Positions 26,675 through 39,940 of a DNA stretch of 64,000 nt are shown piece after piece. A program made the position numbers and the translations under genes. The stretch lies in assembly GCA_030264375.1 (NCBI GenBank), contig JASCQW010000128.1:18529404-18593403 (forward strand), read 5' to 3'. Below the pieces are notes generated by a model that did no database searches, was not told where the DNA came from, and saw only the letters and a program-made list of their open reading frames with translations. Numbering within the stretch: position 1 is the stretch's first letter; every line of letters starts with the position of its first letter. The stretch comes from Carcharhinus longimanus. Its lineage: Eukaryota.

Positions 26675-26958
26675 ATGTATTTATTTGTGAGACAAGTAGG
26701 CTTACATTAACACGGCAGTGAAGTTACTGTGAAAATCCCCGAGTCAGCACACTGTGCCAGTTCGAGAATTTAGCATAGCCAATGCACCTGACCAGCATGT
26801 CTTTTGGACTGTGGGAGGAAACTGGAGCTCCCGGAGGAAATCCACGAAGATATTGAGAGGATGTGCAGACTCCGCAGACAGTGACCCAAGCTGGGAATCG
26901 AACCCAGGTCCCTGGTGCTGTGAGGCAGCAGTGCTAACCACTGCTACCATGCCAGCCC
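26675..26958 (-). mobile_element. V-SINE with HE1-like head and an alternative 3' tail
   Basis: Head gggaatcgaacccaggtccctggtgctgtgaggcagcagtgctaaccactg; tail acaagtaggcttacattaacacggcagtgaagttactgtgaaaatcccc. Confidence 0.85.
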
Positions 26959-27604
26959 ACCCAAGTTCCAGTGCTTTGTCCTTAATCCTGTCCATATGTT
27001 TTGGGTGGAATGTCTCTGGACCAAGTAGATCTGTATTCCTGCTTGAACTTTAGTTCTGATTAAAGAAGGCATAACTGGACCAACTTGCCCATTAGGTATC
27101 AAACATTGCCTCAAAATGTTGAAGCTTCAACCATTTCCCAGGGTGAGATTATGTTACTTTATCGAAAAAAAGGCCCAGTGAAAAATTAAATTTCTTACCA
27201 ATGTTCCCTCAAGAAAGCACACCAATCCAAAAAAGCAAAGAACAAACAAATCACATGCAACCATTGTTCCTTTGAGAAGTACATTTGGTGCATCATACTT
27301 AAAGGAACTGTACGTTGCAACCAGCAGACTGCAAACCTACAGGAACATATGTTTCTGATCGCATATAAAACTCAAATCTTTTATTTTGGCTCTTTTAGAG
27401 TAGGCATTTAGCAATTACCCCTCAATCCCTTACGAGGCAGAAGTCTTGGCAAATATTATCCATGCTATTGCAAGTCATATTTGAAATGACTAGATTGTAG
27501 TAATTGTTTATATATATTTTTTCCGTGTTTTAACTTCTGTCTTGACGTTTAACATCAATTCAAGATTTCGCAGTAGGTTTTTATCACATTTTCTTTTTGT
27601 ATAG

Positions 27605-27710
27605 GTGATGATAATGGGAAGAAAGCCAGTAATCCAAACCACTGTAACTGCATTATTGACCAAATCTTCACTGGGGGACTGCAGTCTGATGTCACTTGCC
27701 AAGTCTGCCA
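27605..27710 (+). CDS. USP22: USP22 coding exon 7
   Basis: tgtatag|GT GAT GAT ... TGC CA|gtaagt; (G)[34 protein letters not shown](H); 106 nt. Confidence 0.97.
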
Positions 27711-28849
27711 GTAAGTGAATTACTTTTGTTGCAGGTTTGTAATTGAAGCCTTGTTAAACCACCTGGTGGTGTGGGAGAGAAACAGCTTTGCAGTACTAAA
27801 ATTCACCTGTACAGTTATAACTTGAGAGGGTTAGAAGAATTCTATCTTCGTTAATAGTTTTAGTATTATTTTTGTTAAAAAAAGCGCACTCGCAGGGATA
27901 AAAATACCATGCAAATCATCGACCCTGCCCCATCCAGAATCCATGATTGTCATTGCTTTTCTATCTCTCACTCAATTCCTTTTTTGTTTGTACTAACAAA
28001 AGTTACAAAATGTAATTCCAGTCCTCCTAAATGCTGACAAGATATTTATCTTCTATCACTATGATCCTTGCAGTCTAACTATCCAGGGCACTTATTTCAA
28101 AACAGCCAGTGAATCAAATGCTGCTTAATACTGTACCACTTTGCATTATTTATGCTGTCTAATTGAAATGACTGGATAAATCAATTTTTTGTCACAAAAT
28201 AACCTTGAAATTATAAGAAGTCTTAATTGAAACAATTTAATTGTTGACAGCGCAGAGACCATCCCTCGTCAGCATGCTTTGTATTACAGCCATGGGTTAA
28301 GTCTTCAATCTGCATCATCTTTCTCCCATCTACTGTTTGAAGCACTGCTGTTTTTAGCTTGAACCCACTTGCAAATTTTTCTGTAGCTAAGCACAGTGCT
28401 GCAGAATAACTAAATAGTGATTAAACTTTATACAAAGGTACAAACCTGTCTAAAACCAAGCAAAGCAGCAATTTTGCTCAAATGCTTGAGCCAGAGAGAT
28501 GTGCACCTGGTGCTAAGCTATTCATTGCTGCTTGTTTGTTGAAGAAATGAGCTCAGTCACAGTTTGGCCAGATATATGCACCATTAAATCTGCCGTAGAT
28601 CCAGAGAGTTTTTGGGCTTCTAGCTGTTATTATGATTCAGTCATGGACATGAGATTGGGATTATTACTTGCATGGTTAAATATACCAACATGAACTGGGT
28701 TAAATTTTACTTTTCATCTGTAACTTGCACGTAGCAGAAGATTACTGTTCCTTCTGTGACCTCCCAAGTTAGTTGAGCTGTTGCTTGGTGATGGGACTGC
28801 ATCTGATCGCTGTGTGTTGCTGTGACCATGTGATCTTTTGTTTCTTCAG

Positions 28850-29011
28850 TGGTGTCTCCACTACGATAGATCCTTTCTGGGACATCAGCCTGGACTTACC
28901 TGGGTCTTCCACACCATTCTGGCCCTTAAGTCCAGGCTCTGATGGGAATGTTGTGAATGGAGAAAGCCATATGTCCTCTGGAACCACCACACTTACAGAC
29001 TGTCTACGAAG
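28850..29011 (+). CDS. USP22: USP22 coding exon 8
   Basis: ttcttcag|T GGT GTC ... CGA AG|gtactt; [53 protein letters not shown](R); 162 nt. Confidence 0.97.
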
Positions 29012-29199
29012 GTACTTTCTGATACAGGTTTTCAGTTACAGAGAATTTGAACTGTGTAGATATATACAGCAGTATCAATGTGGCATATAGACCATGTCTG
29101 TTTTATGTAGTGCAGTGTTTCAGCAGCATTGCAGAATTTTAATCCTAAATGATTTGTTGGATAGAATAATCTTTAGTATGTCATTTTAAAGTGTCTTTA

Positions 29200-29540
29200 T
29201 AAATGGGTGGAGTGGAGGCACAATTCTGTCTTGCCTTTAAACGATTTTGTTACTGATCACCTACCTCATTCCTTTTCTATCTCTGTAACCACTCTCAGCT
29301 GTACTGTGCCTACTCAGTTGAGCTTTCTGACTTACTGTTTTGCTTTCCCTATCATTGGTGGTCATGCCTCCAGTTGCTCAAGGTTCCAAGTTCTGAAACT
29401 TCCCCTCTTCCTTAAACTTGATCGAACTTGGTTGTCTCTCCTAACTATAGTACCTACTTTGGCTTGTATCCATTTTTAAATTTCTCTTTATAGAGGCACA
29501 TTGGGTCATTCTTCTACTTTAAAGGTTCTACATAAACTTC
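29200..29540 (+). mobile_element. L2 LINE 3' fragment
   Basis: cattggtggtcatgcctccagttgctcaaggttccaagttctgaaacttccc ... tttaaaggttctacataaac; parallels 18260-18460. Confidence 0.55.
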
Positions 29541-29859
29541 AGCTGACAGTTATACAGATAAAGGGGTGAGAAAGAAAGCAGACCATCAAATTTTCCACTT
29601 TTTTTTTAATCAAAGTCATGACCATCTGCTGCCAATAAGCGCATTTTTGTTGATACATTGCAATTTTATATTTAAAGATCCATATCCTATAATCTTCCTT
29701 TCCTGTTTCTAATTTAGACACTTCAAGTGAATTTTGAAGCTCTGGGTTGATTTGAAAGTGAACTATTTTTCACATAGTTGGTGTTGACCCCATACTCTGA
29801 CTTGAGACTCATAATATTTAATCACATAAATGTTATTGTGTGGGAAAAGGATAATTTAG

Positions 29860-30110
29860 GTTACACAAAACTAGAAGCAGGAGTAGGCCAAATTTCTTCT
29901 TGAAATCAGACAATGTTTTGGCCTCAACTACATTCTGTGGTAGTGAATTCCACACATTCACCATCATCTGGGTGAAGGCATTTCTCCTTGCCTCAATTCT
30001 AACAGGTTTACCCTTTTACACTCTAACTATAATCCCTAGTTCTGGACTCCCCCACCATTGAGAACATTCTTTCTGAATCTACCCTGTTAGAATTTTATAA
30101 ATTTCTATTG
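29860..30110 (-). mobile_element. CR1 LINE 3' fragment
   Basis: ctagaagcaggagtaggcca ... gtagtgaattccacacattcaccatcatctgggtgaagg ... cctagttctggactcccccacc. Confidence 0.75.
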
Positions 30111-30170
30111 CTTTCCCTTTTTAAAGATTCCATTACCTGACCAATTCTGTTTACAATATTCTATCCCCAG

Positions 30171-30297
30171 GTTTACAAGGCCTGAGCATCTTGGAAGCAG
30201 TGCCAAAATAAAATGTAGTGGTTGCCATAGCTATCAAGAATCGACAAAACAGCTTACAATGAAGAAACTTCCCATAGTGGCCTGTTTTCATCTCAAA
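30171..30297 (+). CDS. USP22: USP22 coding exon 9
   Basis: atccccag|G TTT ACA ... CTC AAA|gtaagt; [42 protein letters not shown]; 127 nt. Confidence 0.97.
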
Positions 30298-30991
30298 GTA
30301 AGTTGAGGCTTCAGAAATTTACATTGACTTCTATAGCTGCAGTCAGCATTCCACGATCTGCAACTGAATTGTTGGATTAAAATAAATTTCTNNNNCAAAT
30401 TGAATAGCTTGTGTGAATGCTTGCGATGTCAACTTGAAGAATAAGATTGTTAAATATAATTTACCAACATTCCTTCTGCACTATAATAAAGTTCAAACAA
30501 AGTAATAAAGTAACATCCTTCACTAACCATTTGAGGTATCTGTGTCCCAGGAGTGAGTGGCTCAAAGTGAATGTATGATTAAGTGTTCAGGACTTTTGGT
30601 CTGTGTTGGAGTCTGTGTTTGCCAGAAGCAATTATAGCTTTTGTTAATGCAATGTGCTGTACTTTATTTTAAATCTGTTTTTAAATGGAAACTCTAGTAT
30701 TCCTGAAGGTGTTGCATATTAAAAGGAGACAATACATTGATCTGCTGAGATAGCAAGGAAGTGTCAGTGGTTTTCTGCCAGTGCTTTAGCCAGTGTTGGC
30801 CCAGTGTGACTGTGCTGTAGCTGGTGTGGACCTGAGTTTGGTGTGCAAGTGCTGGCTTTATGCCTCAATATCAGCACTATCCCGAGAGGAAGCACAGTGT
30901 CCAGATCTGGTGCCTAAGAGTTGAGGATGTTTGAAATTGGGGTAGTTGCCGGTAAGAGAATCGAACTGACTCTCTGACTCTACTTGTGTAG

Positions 30992-31126
<135 letters not shown>

Positions 31127-31229
31127 TGAGGTAAAAGAATGACTATTCAGTTTATTTGGCATCTTTTTGTGTTCTGTGGATGTCCCCAGCCAAAAGAATA
31201 CTTTGTGTACATCAAAGTCCTGCAACAAA

Positions 31230-31480
31230 ATAATAAGTAGTTTTGGTGATATTGGTTAATGGGTGAATACTGACCAGAACACCAGATGAAGTCCTTGCTG
31301 TTGATTGGGAAAAGTGCCATCAGATCTTTAATGACTCCTTGAAAGGGCACTTGGTACCTTGGTTTAATGTTTCATCCCAATACCGCTCTTGATAGTGCAT
31401 CACACCTCCACACAACAATGAATTAAGAGCCTGGGAGGATCTACCTTTTTGATTTTGCAAATACTATCACTGAGTCAAAT
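31230..31480 (-). mobile_element. Deu-domain SINE (SacSINE1/AmnSINE1-like), decayed
   Basis: aagtgccatcagatcttt...gaaagggcac...ccttggtttaatgtttcatcc...tgatagtgcatcacacctcc resembles the reversed Deu domain. Confidence 0.65.
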
Positions 31481-32145
31481 TAGTATTTTAAAAAGTAGGT
31501 GATGTAAGTTTGACTTGTAAAAACACATGGATTTGTGGAAGGAGAACAGATTAAATTGAGGTATTCCTTAAAAAGAATGAGATAGGGGAATTTGATGTAA
31601 TGACTCTGATTTCAACACCTTGGATTTGGGGGAAAAGGAAGAATGTATTAAATCTAGGAAGAATGAAAATGATAAAGGTAACCGTGATTAAATTTGAAGT
31701 TCTAAGATGAATCACAGGTGGTGAACCTTTTTTATTGTAGCAATCTGCAAAAGCTTGCTAGTTATTGATTGTGTTCAAAGGAACTATTGGTACTGCTACC
31801 CAGTGTTGCATTTCTGTTAAATTTGGAGTAAGACTCTCTACAACAGTGATTTCAAACCATTTTAAACACACTCTTCTGGCTTCAAAGTGCAGCATGAGAT
31901 CTACTCTTAAAACTTTGACTTTACTAAAAACCCTAGAATGTACTTGACATTTAGTGTGACACACTATCTGCAAGTGCAATGAAGTTTGGGTCGTAGTTTG
32001 AGATGGCCAGTCTCATACAAGTCCATCAGATGGGCATCTGTGAGATGAATGTGATAATTGAACTTGATGACTTTCATCTGGGAAAAAGCCATCTCAGAGG
32101 TATGTGAGACCAAAGTTGACCTTCATCTTGAGTGTACACGATGCC

Positions 32146-32428
32146 AGAATCATAGAACCCTACAGTGCAGAAGGAGGCCATTTGGTCCATTAAGTCTGCA
32201 TCCTCCACAATCCCACCCAGGCCCAATCTCCATTTAGCCTAGCTAGCCCCCCTGATTCTGAAGTCTATTTAGCATGGCCAATCAACCTAACCTGCACATC
32301 TTTGGACTGTGGGAGGAAACTGGAACACCCGGTGAAAACCCACGCAGATTGTGACCCAAATCGGAATTGAACCTGGGTCCCTGGCGCTGTGATGCAGCAG
32401 TGCTAACCACTGTGCCATCTTGCCGCCC
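32146..32428 (-). mobile_element. HE1-type V-SINE, near full length
   Basis: agaatcatagaaccctacagtgcagaaggaggcc...tttggactgtgggaggaaac...gcagtgctaaccactgtgccatcttgccgccc. Confidence 0.92.
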
Positions 32429-33994
32429 CAAAAGAGAGTACTGAAGTCTTTGTCCTTTGACCTAGCTTTCAGCTCTGTCATTTTGCATGGTGATTATTTC
32501 CATGTCAAGTCCACTGCTTTGTTCAAATAACTGTCAAAATGTTGTCTGTTCTCCCGATGTCCACTTGAAGAAAACGATTTGAGACAAACATAATAATTTG
32601 TTCCATTTTATCTAACTCCTGTAATAGCCTGTAAATTCCTTTTTTGTTCAGGTGATCACAGAATTTGTTTGGATGGAACCCTTTGTGTTTGACCTGTTAT
32701 TGAATATACTCCAGATTTGACAAGCGCTCAGGAATTTTGTTCTTTAACTGGGAGGACCACAGGCCCAGTTTCAACTTGAACACATTCACTGTACTGATCA
32801 TGTGTAATAAATCTCTAGCTCTCCCATGCAGTTCACAGTTCAGCTTATCAATTTAGTGCTTATGCCTCTAAGAAATGCCAAGTTTAACAAACATGCATAA
32901 TCTGACAGCTCGATATACACCTCAATTCTTGATTTAAGAAAGGTGACAATTTCAGGGGGCAGATCTAAAAACCTCTGGAGGCCTTTTCCTCGACTTAACC
33001 ACCTCATATCTGCATGAAGGATTAGGTCACTATAGGTGGCATTAAGCTTATCGAACAGACGATGTTGCAGAGCTCTGTCTGGAATTGAATTGATGATCTT
33101 GACGCCAAACTGTCATACATGAGAAAAGTCAACAACCTTGCTCACTAGTGCTCATTGGTGGATAGCAGAGTGGCAGTTGACAAAGGAGAGGAATTCATAA
33201 TCATTTCTGCAAAGTGCAACAAAGCCTGATTGGCACTCAGCATTAACAGTGCACCATCATTTGTGATTGAAAGCAGTTTCATGATTGGAATATTTTTGTC
33301 AGTCACCTACCTTTCTAAATTTATTGTGGGCAAGTTCACCTTTTGTCCTCTCTCTGACAAAAGTGAATGAATCCTCCTTTATTGCATCTTTGTTTTGTTC
33401 GCATGGCATTCAATCATTAAGAAATGTGCCTTTAGTTCATGGTAATAAAAGGGACTTGGTTTCATTGGGTTTATGCTCTCCACTTGGCATACTGACTCTA
33501 CTTATCACTGGACCTCTGCTGGAGCTAAGATCTGGGAGGCAAAGGCTGCAGAGTAAAAGGGTAAGTGAGCAGTAGCAGACAGTAGTTTGTGGACCTGCTG
33601 TGCCAGTGATGGGAAGATCTGGACCCATGCCCATCAAAATGTTTCACTACCTGGTATATCACAGTGAGCTTTTGGTAAGTGTTCTGTGGACATTGTCATC
33701 TGGAATAGACCAAAGTGAAAATAATTTGGGTATTTTCATTCTGCCTCCAAGAGGACAGTGTCTGTCTGGATTTAAAGTCTGCATTCTAATCCGTTACAGC
33801 ATTTTGCACAGATGACTGTTAGGACGTGATGCATAGTGAAAAATTCAGTTGGTTTGAAATGGCTACTGGGTTTCTTGCTGCAATAAAAACAAAACTGCTC
33901 AAAATACTTAGCAAGCAAGCTTGGCGTTATATGTGGAGAGCGAAACAGAGTTAATGTTTCAGGTCTGTGAGCTCTCAAACTTCTCTATGTCAAG

Positions 33995-34280
33995 GTATCT
34001 CAGAAGATTTTACAGCCATTGAAACAGTTTTTTGAAGTAAGTCACTTATAATGTAAGAAGCGTGGCAACCAAACTTGTGCACAAGGTCACACAAATGTCA
34101 ATGGAATAATGACCTGATAATTTGTTTAATTTTTGGGGATAAATATTGATTATGGCAAAGACCTTGGGAGAACTCTTTTTTTTCTTTCAGCATTTCAAAA
34201 CAGCGCTGCCTACCTGAAAGGGCAGGCAAAGCCTCAATTTAATGTTTCATCCAAAAGGCAGAAGCATCTCTAGCGCTCAC
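33995..34280 (-). mobile_element. Deu-domain SINE, decayed
   Basis: ttttacagccattgaa..ttttgaagtaagtcac..gggataaatattg..gggagaactc..cctgaaagggcaggcaaagcctcaatttaatgtttcatccaaaagg. Confidence 0.7.
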
Positions 34281-35261
34281 CAGAACAGGAGTGGATCCTG
34301 AAACCATGTTATCTCATTATTTGTTTGTTAAATCTTTTATTTTACTAGCTTCCACTATTTGTAACATTTAAATCTCTTGGTGAGGAATAAAAAGTATGGC
34401 TAGTGGGTCATATCTTGTGCTTCTCATTGGGATGGTGCCAATATGGCCTTTTAAATATGGTGTTATGAGATGTGGCAAATCCATCAGGTCCATGAAGGTT
34501 ACTCCATTTTTTTAAACTCAGCACTCATCCCTGTGTATTTCCTTCACTTCTGGAGAAGGCAAGAGACCGCTAGATAATTTAGGAGTTCCCTGCCCAAATA
34601 TTCTCCTCTTCACAGGTGATCAAATAAACCTCCATGAATAAACCTAAACTATTTGGGCTCTCTTCCTGAACTGCTAACCTTGTGTGCCAGATGACTCTTA
34701 ATCCTAATAGATTCCTAATCCTGTATGATTGTCAGTAGTAATGGTGTTTGAAAGAAAGCCAACTGACTTTTTAATCTCATTTCGTGATAACTGCAGAACA
34801 GGAAGCCTTCTGATGGTGGGTTCATGTACCTTTTTTGTTATGGCTCTGCAGTTGCCATTCTTCTATTTATACATGGTGGAATTACTACTGACCTGTGGTC
34901 ACCTGCAGTCATCTAATGTAAAAAACCTTGGATTTGTGATTATGTTCTAAGATGCCCAGCACCTATTGAACCTGGATGTAATTTGCAAGCAGTGATTTGT
35001 ATTGCTGCCTCCAAGTTCACATATAGGGCACACAAGGTTTGCCTTCAAAACACCAGCCTTAATCTTTTAATGTTGCTACCTATGTACAAATCATTACTAA
35101 GATACATTAGTGATTATTTGTTGACGGCTTATTCCATCCTTTCTAGCTAGACACAATTTAAGAGTGACACCATAAGCTGTGTTTCTGTATTTGTATAATG
35201 ATTGCGCAAATGAACAGTATTAAATATGCTCTGAATTGTACTTTTTTTTTTCTTTTTGTAG

Positions 35262-35324
35262 TAAAGAGAGCAGGATGAATGGACAGTACCAGCAGCCTGT
35301 GGATAGTCTAAACAATGACAATAA
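35262..35324 (+). CDS. USP22: USP22 coding exon 11
   Basis: long polypyrimidine tract, tttgtag|T AAA GAG ... AAT AA|gtaagt; KESRMNGQYQQPVDSLNNDN(K); 63 nt. Confidence 0.96.
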
Positions 35325-37751
35325 GTAAGTTTTTAAGCAGCTTTAAGTTTGTATTTGCCAAAATGCACAGAATTGCTTCTCTAACACTGCTGTTGGCCAG
35401 TTGCCTGGAGAATACACAGTATGTGGCAGAGGTTAATCACAAGGCAAAGATTTTACAGCTAACTGTGTTTCTGAATACTTACCAGTGGCTTTTAGATCCT
35501 TGGGGACTTCCATTGTGTTGGTAGCACAATGATGGAAACCACCTGTAAAGCTGGCTTCTTTCTAGTTTAATAACTCTGACAAGTAGGGTTGACAGCATGT
35601 TGGCAGTTTGCATCACACCCAAGTGGGTAATGCTGCAAAATATGTAACTTGCTGTTTGACAATATTGAGAGCTTATTTTCTATTTTGAGGAGAGCTTTTA
35701 GCTATCAATGACAATGTTGCTTTAAGGACTGCATTTTAGTAAGCAAATAGTTTCCTTTGATTTAAGCTGACCATAAAATTAACTTGAGAGTGAAAGTAAC
35801 TTTTTGTTTTTCAGTCTCAGTCACTGAAGTTGTTTGGTGTTCACTGTTTCCTCCAGTTTTTTGATGTTTGGTTTAATTTATAAATTGTAGTTGAGTTCAC
35901 TGCCCATCATAAATGCTTTACACGTCAAACACTTCGTCCTTGTATATGAACATCTGCAACAAGTAATCGTATATAGTTGTGGAGCTGAGGCTTGTTCTCG
36001 GAACTTGATTTGGAGATCCCATTGATATATGAGCCTTGCTGAGTATTTTGAGATAATCTGTGTAGTTATGGGAAGGAGAGGCCTGTTCTTAGTGAGTGCA
36101 CTTGTTCATTCCAGAGTCCTATGTGAACAGCACAGGCTGAGAGAGATGCATCTTGTGTGTATGTGTGGGCATGACTTCATAACTGGCAAGCAACCCAATC
36201 ACAAGTGAGTCTTTTCGTTATCCGAACGTATTCAATAAGACTAGTGTCTCACTGGTTAGTGGGTCTCAAATGGGAACATCTCACTCCTGATGGTCACTAA
36301 AATTGTAATACATTTCTGAATAACTGCAGGCGAGTATGTGTTTCATGAGTACTTAAGATAGAATTCCACTGTGTGGGGAGAGAACATATGTAGAACAAGA
36401 AGACCATTGGTTATTTGTCCTAACAAACCTGTTTTTGACTCTGCCAAAATGATTTATTTGAGGAAGTGAACAATCTCGGTCAAACTTCATGGCAAAGATA
36501 ACTAGACAAAATATTTTCAATGTCAACTTAAGGTTGCCACTTACCCTTTGCACTCCATGGAAGGACATTTTTGTTGTTCCAGCGGTGTATGAATCACAGA
36601 TCTCGACGGGGTGAAACATTGATCTTTTATTCGTAAATATCATTCTTAGCCAATATTTATTTAGTTCCTGTATTGATGCGCACAAACCACTATTGAGTCT
36701 GTCCTCTCTTTCTTATCTACAACCATTTATTTTGTGCCTGTGTTTAAAATCCAACCTGCTTTCACCTATTTCATTCATGCATTTTGAGCACTTGAATTCC
36801 ATTCCTTCGGGTTTTCAAGTTGCAAAGACTGTTTAAATTGAAGGTTTTGTATCCATAAAGTCTAGAGGGAGGAAAAACCATTCTGATATCCAGACATGCT
36901 CCGTCCAGAGTGTATCATGGGTCTTCCAACCACACCAGCTGTTGATCCCTCTAAGTACAATAAATATCTTTTCTCTTTTTAGAAAAAAGATTGAGCAGTG
37001 TCATGAATATCTCAATTTCAACATTCAATGCTGGCTCAACCCTTTTATGTTAAGGTTTTCAGCTGAACCCAAGTTAACTCTCTTTCCCTCAAGATGGTGA
37101 ATAAGGAGCAGTTTTCTATCTGTAACCTTACTTGAAGTTGCTGAATATTGTACAAGTGCCCTCCAACCTTGTACTTGTTATACAAGTTCAGTAGTTTGTT
37201 TACTACTTCTATTTCCTTCATTTATGTCTCATTTTAAATGTATGGATTGTGTCTCCCCTCTAAAGGAGTCTTTGTTACTTTCTCTTGAATCCTACCGGAG
37301 ATTGCTTTGCAGGTCAGACTGCCGCAATTGCTTACAACATTTCCAGGTGTGACTTCACCAATGACTTGATGTAGGCTAAAATAATTTGTAGACAATGCTT
37401 CCAGTAATTGCTGATAACCACTTTGCCCTCTGTCAAAATCCTTTGATTTTCCACCCTATTCAGTGTGTACATGTTTGTGTGTAAACGTACAATGTATTGC
37501 GCTTCAAATGTTCTTGATTCTCTCACTTTAGTGTCTCCACGACTGATTTGATGAATTTTGTATAACTACCGAGAGAATCCTTCAGCATATAGTTTAAGGA
37601 ATAAGTACAGGCTTTTAGTCAATGTCTTGACAGAGCCTGCCCTAGTTATTGTCAGTTTTCAACCCAGGGAGAAAATATGACATAAATTCTTCCTAAAAGT
37701 CTCAAATTAATAACCTTCACAAATCCTTTCTGAAAGTCTGGGCAGACAGGT

Positions 37752-37866
37752 GGGGTGGGATTCTCTGGCCGCACTTGCCTGAAAACCGGAGGTTCCTGTC
37801 TGACTTCAATGGAATTTCACGTGGTCCGTCCCGCTGGGTGGCAGGTGGGATGGGAGAATTCCAGCC
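37752..37866. mobile_element. Short MITE-like element with imperfect terminal inverted repeats (family of 39025 and 58425)
   Basis: ggggtgggattctctggcc ... gggatgggagaattccagcc. Confidence 0.6.
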
Positions 37867-38175
37867 ATAGTCTTTGCTTTAAAATGTACTTTGCTTTAAT
37901 TGCCTCCTAAAGATTTTCCCAGAATGTTTCCAAAGTGCTGTTTACAAGCTCAGTAACTTGTTATAACATGTTATAAATCGTCTGATGCAGCAGAGGCAAA
38001 CTAATCTTGTTAATATCTAGCTCTTTGTGAATCTGATGAAGCTCTTAACAGTATTGGCTGGTAGAAAACTATTAATGTAGAATTGTTCAGACAAGAATGT
38101 TGCGAAGGATCCATTTATGACTGAGAAAATTATTGGAATTGAAGTGGAACACACATCCCATCTGCAGGCTGCTGA

Positions 38176-38379
<204 letters not shown>

Positions 38380-39024
38380 TGAGTACCAATGGCTAATGTC
38401 TGTAATTGATTTGATTTGAAAATTACAGATAGAAAAGATTGACTAGTTCTGAATTTCTTCGATTGTGTAGTCTCAATATCTTTCCATTTCTCCTTGGTAT
38501 CTTCTATAATGACTACTTTTAACTCTGTTCCACAATACATTGTACACTTCCTCTTTTTCTGTTTAAAGAGTTAAATCTAAAATGTGTAAGTATCTTCCTT
38601 TTTAGAAGCTTGAACTTGTCTTATTTCCAGGGTTTGTAGCAATCCTAAAATAATTGGGATTTAATTCATCTACTTCCTTTTTAACAATATTAAGTATTTG
38701 ATCAATCTCTTTCCTGAACCTTCACTTCAAAGTAAGCAATTCCAAGATCTTTAACTCTTCTCTAGACTCAATTTTTGGTTTACTTTTTCTGCACTGAGTC
38801 CAATGCCCAAATATCCTTGTTTTAGTGCAATGACCAAAATTGTAAATTGTGTTTTATGTGTGGCCTTACTAGTAAGGTTAAATTCATTGCTGCCTTGATT
38901 GGTAGTCTCTGCATTCCAAAATCCTGATTCAATGAACTAATTAATATTCTGATCAATGTCCTGTCGTTTTGTCATTTAATTGATATTCCCATTAGAATGG
39001 GCGAATATAAGCTCTGCATTAGAT

Positions 39025-39166
39025 GGGATGGGATTTTCTGGCTCCGCCAACCCCAAAACTGGGAAATCGAGGCAGACATCAACAAACCTTTGCAATGTTC
39101 CACCACCCACCCACCCACTCAACCTGCTACAATTCCCATGATGGGCAGGATGGGAAAAGTCCCCCG
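39025..39166. mobile_element. Short MITE-like element
   Basis: gggatgggattttctggc...cctgctacaattcccatg...gggaaaagtccccc; matches the reverse complement of 58425-58541. Confidence 0.65.
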
Positions 39167-39246
39167 TATATTTGATTTGTCACTTGTTAGTTCACCTTCC
39201 CAATCAGTCCTGAGCTCTCCTCTCATTTGTTTTTTCTGTTCCTTAT

Positions 39247-39462
39247 GTGGGGTTGGATAGCTCAGTTAGCTGATTTATGATACAGAGCGACGTCAGCAGC
39301 ACGGGTTCAATTCCTGTACCTGCTGAGGTTTGCCATGAAGATCCCACCTTTTTAAACTTGCCCCTCACCTGAGGTGCGGTGTCCCTCAGGCTAAATCACC
39401 ACCAGTCAACTCTGTCCTCAAAAAGGGAGAGCAGCCTACGGTCCTCTGGGACTTTGACTTTC
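39247..39462 (+). mobile_element. tRNA-derived SINE of a non-HE1 family
   Basis: A box tagctcagttagc, B box gggttcaattcc; body cttgcccctcacctgaggtgcggtgtccctcagg...gagagcagcctacggtcctctgggact. Confidence 0.75.
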
Positions 39463-39897
39463 ATTACTTGAGACTCTACCAGCTTTCATAATTGGACACC
39501 AAAATACATGGATGCTGACGTACTGGAAAGGCACTGATTTTTAATTCACAATTGGGCAGCTTAATTTCTTTGCCAGTTCTTGTTCCATTTATAGATTGTA
39601 TACAAAATCTAAAAAGCATATTGGATTTGATATGCCAATAATCACGGTATTTGCACACTTGCTGTAGTGTCTGCATGGCACCAGTTGGTGTCCAAGTCCT
39701 CATGAAATACTGAAAAGGTTTATTGTTGGTCTTGGTNNNNNNNNNNNNNNNNNNNNNNNNNNNNNNNNNNNNNNNNNNNNNNNNNNNNNNNNNNNNNNNN
39801 NNNNNNNNNNNNNNNNNNNNNNNNNNNNNNNNNNNNNNNNNNNNNNNNNNNNAGTATGGATTAATATGTATTTTTAACTTGCCTTTTTTGTCTACAG

Positions 39898-39940
39898 GTA
39901 TCTCTTGTTTTATCACAAACAGTTCCTTGAATACGAGTAG
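39898..39940 (+). CDS. USP22: USP22 last coding exon (13) to stop codon
   Basis: tctacag|G TAT CTC ... TAC GAG TAG; YLLFYHKQFLEYE*; 43 coding nt. Confidence 0.97.

Noticed and set aside
35950-36350. Possible alternative exon or conserved element in the repeat-poor USP22 intron 11
   Set aside because: No convincing acceptor/donor pair or recognisable motif; conservation data would be needed.
39247-39330. tRNA gene
   Set aside because: A and B boxes are present but there is no cloverleaf, and the sequence continues into a SINE body.
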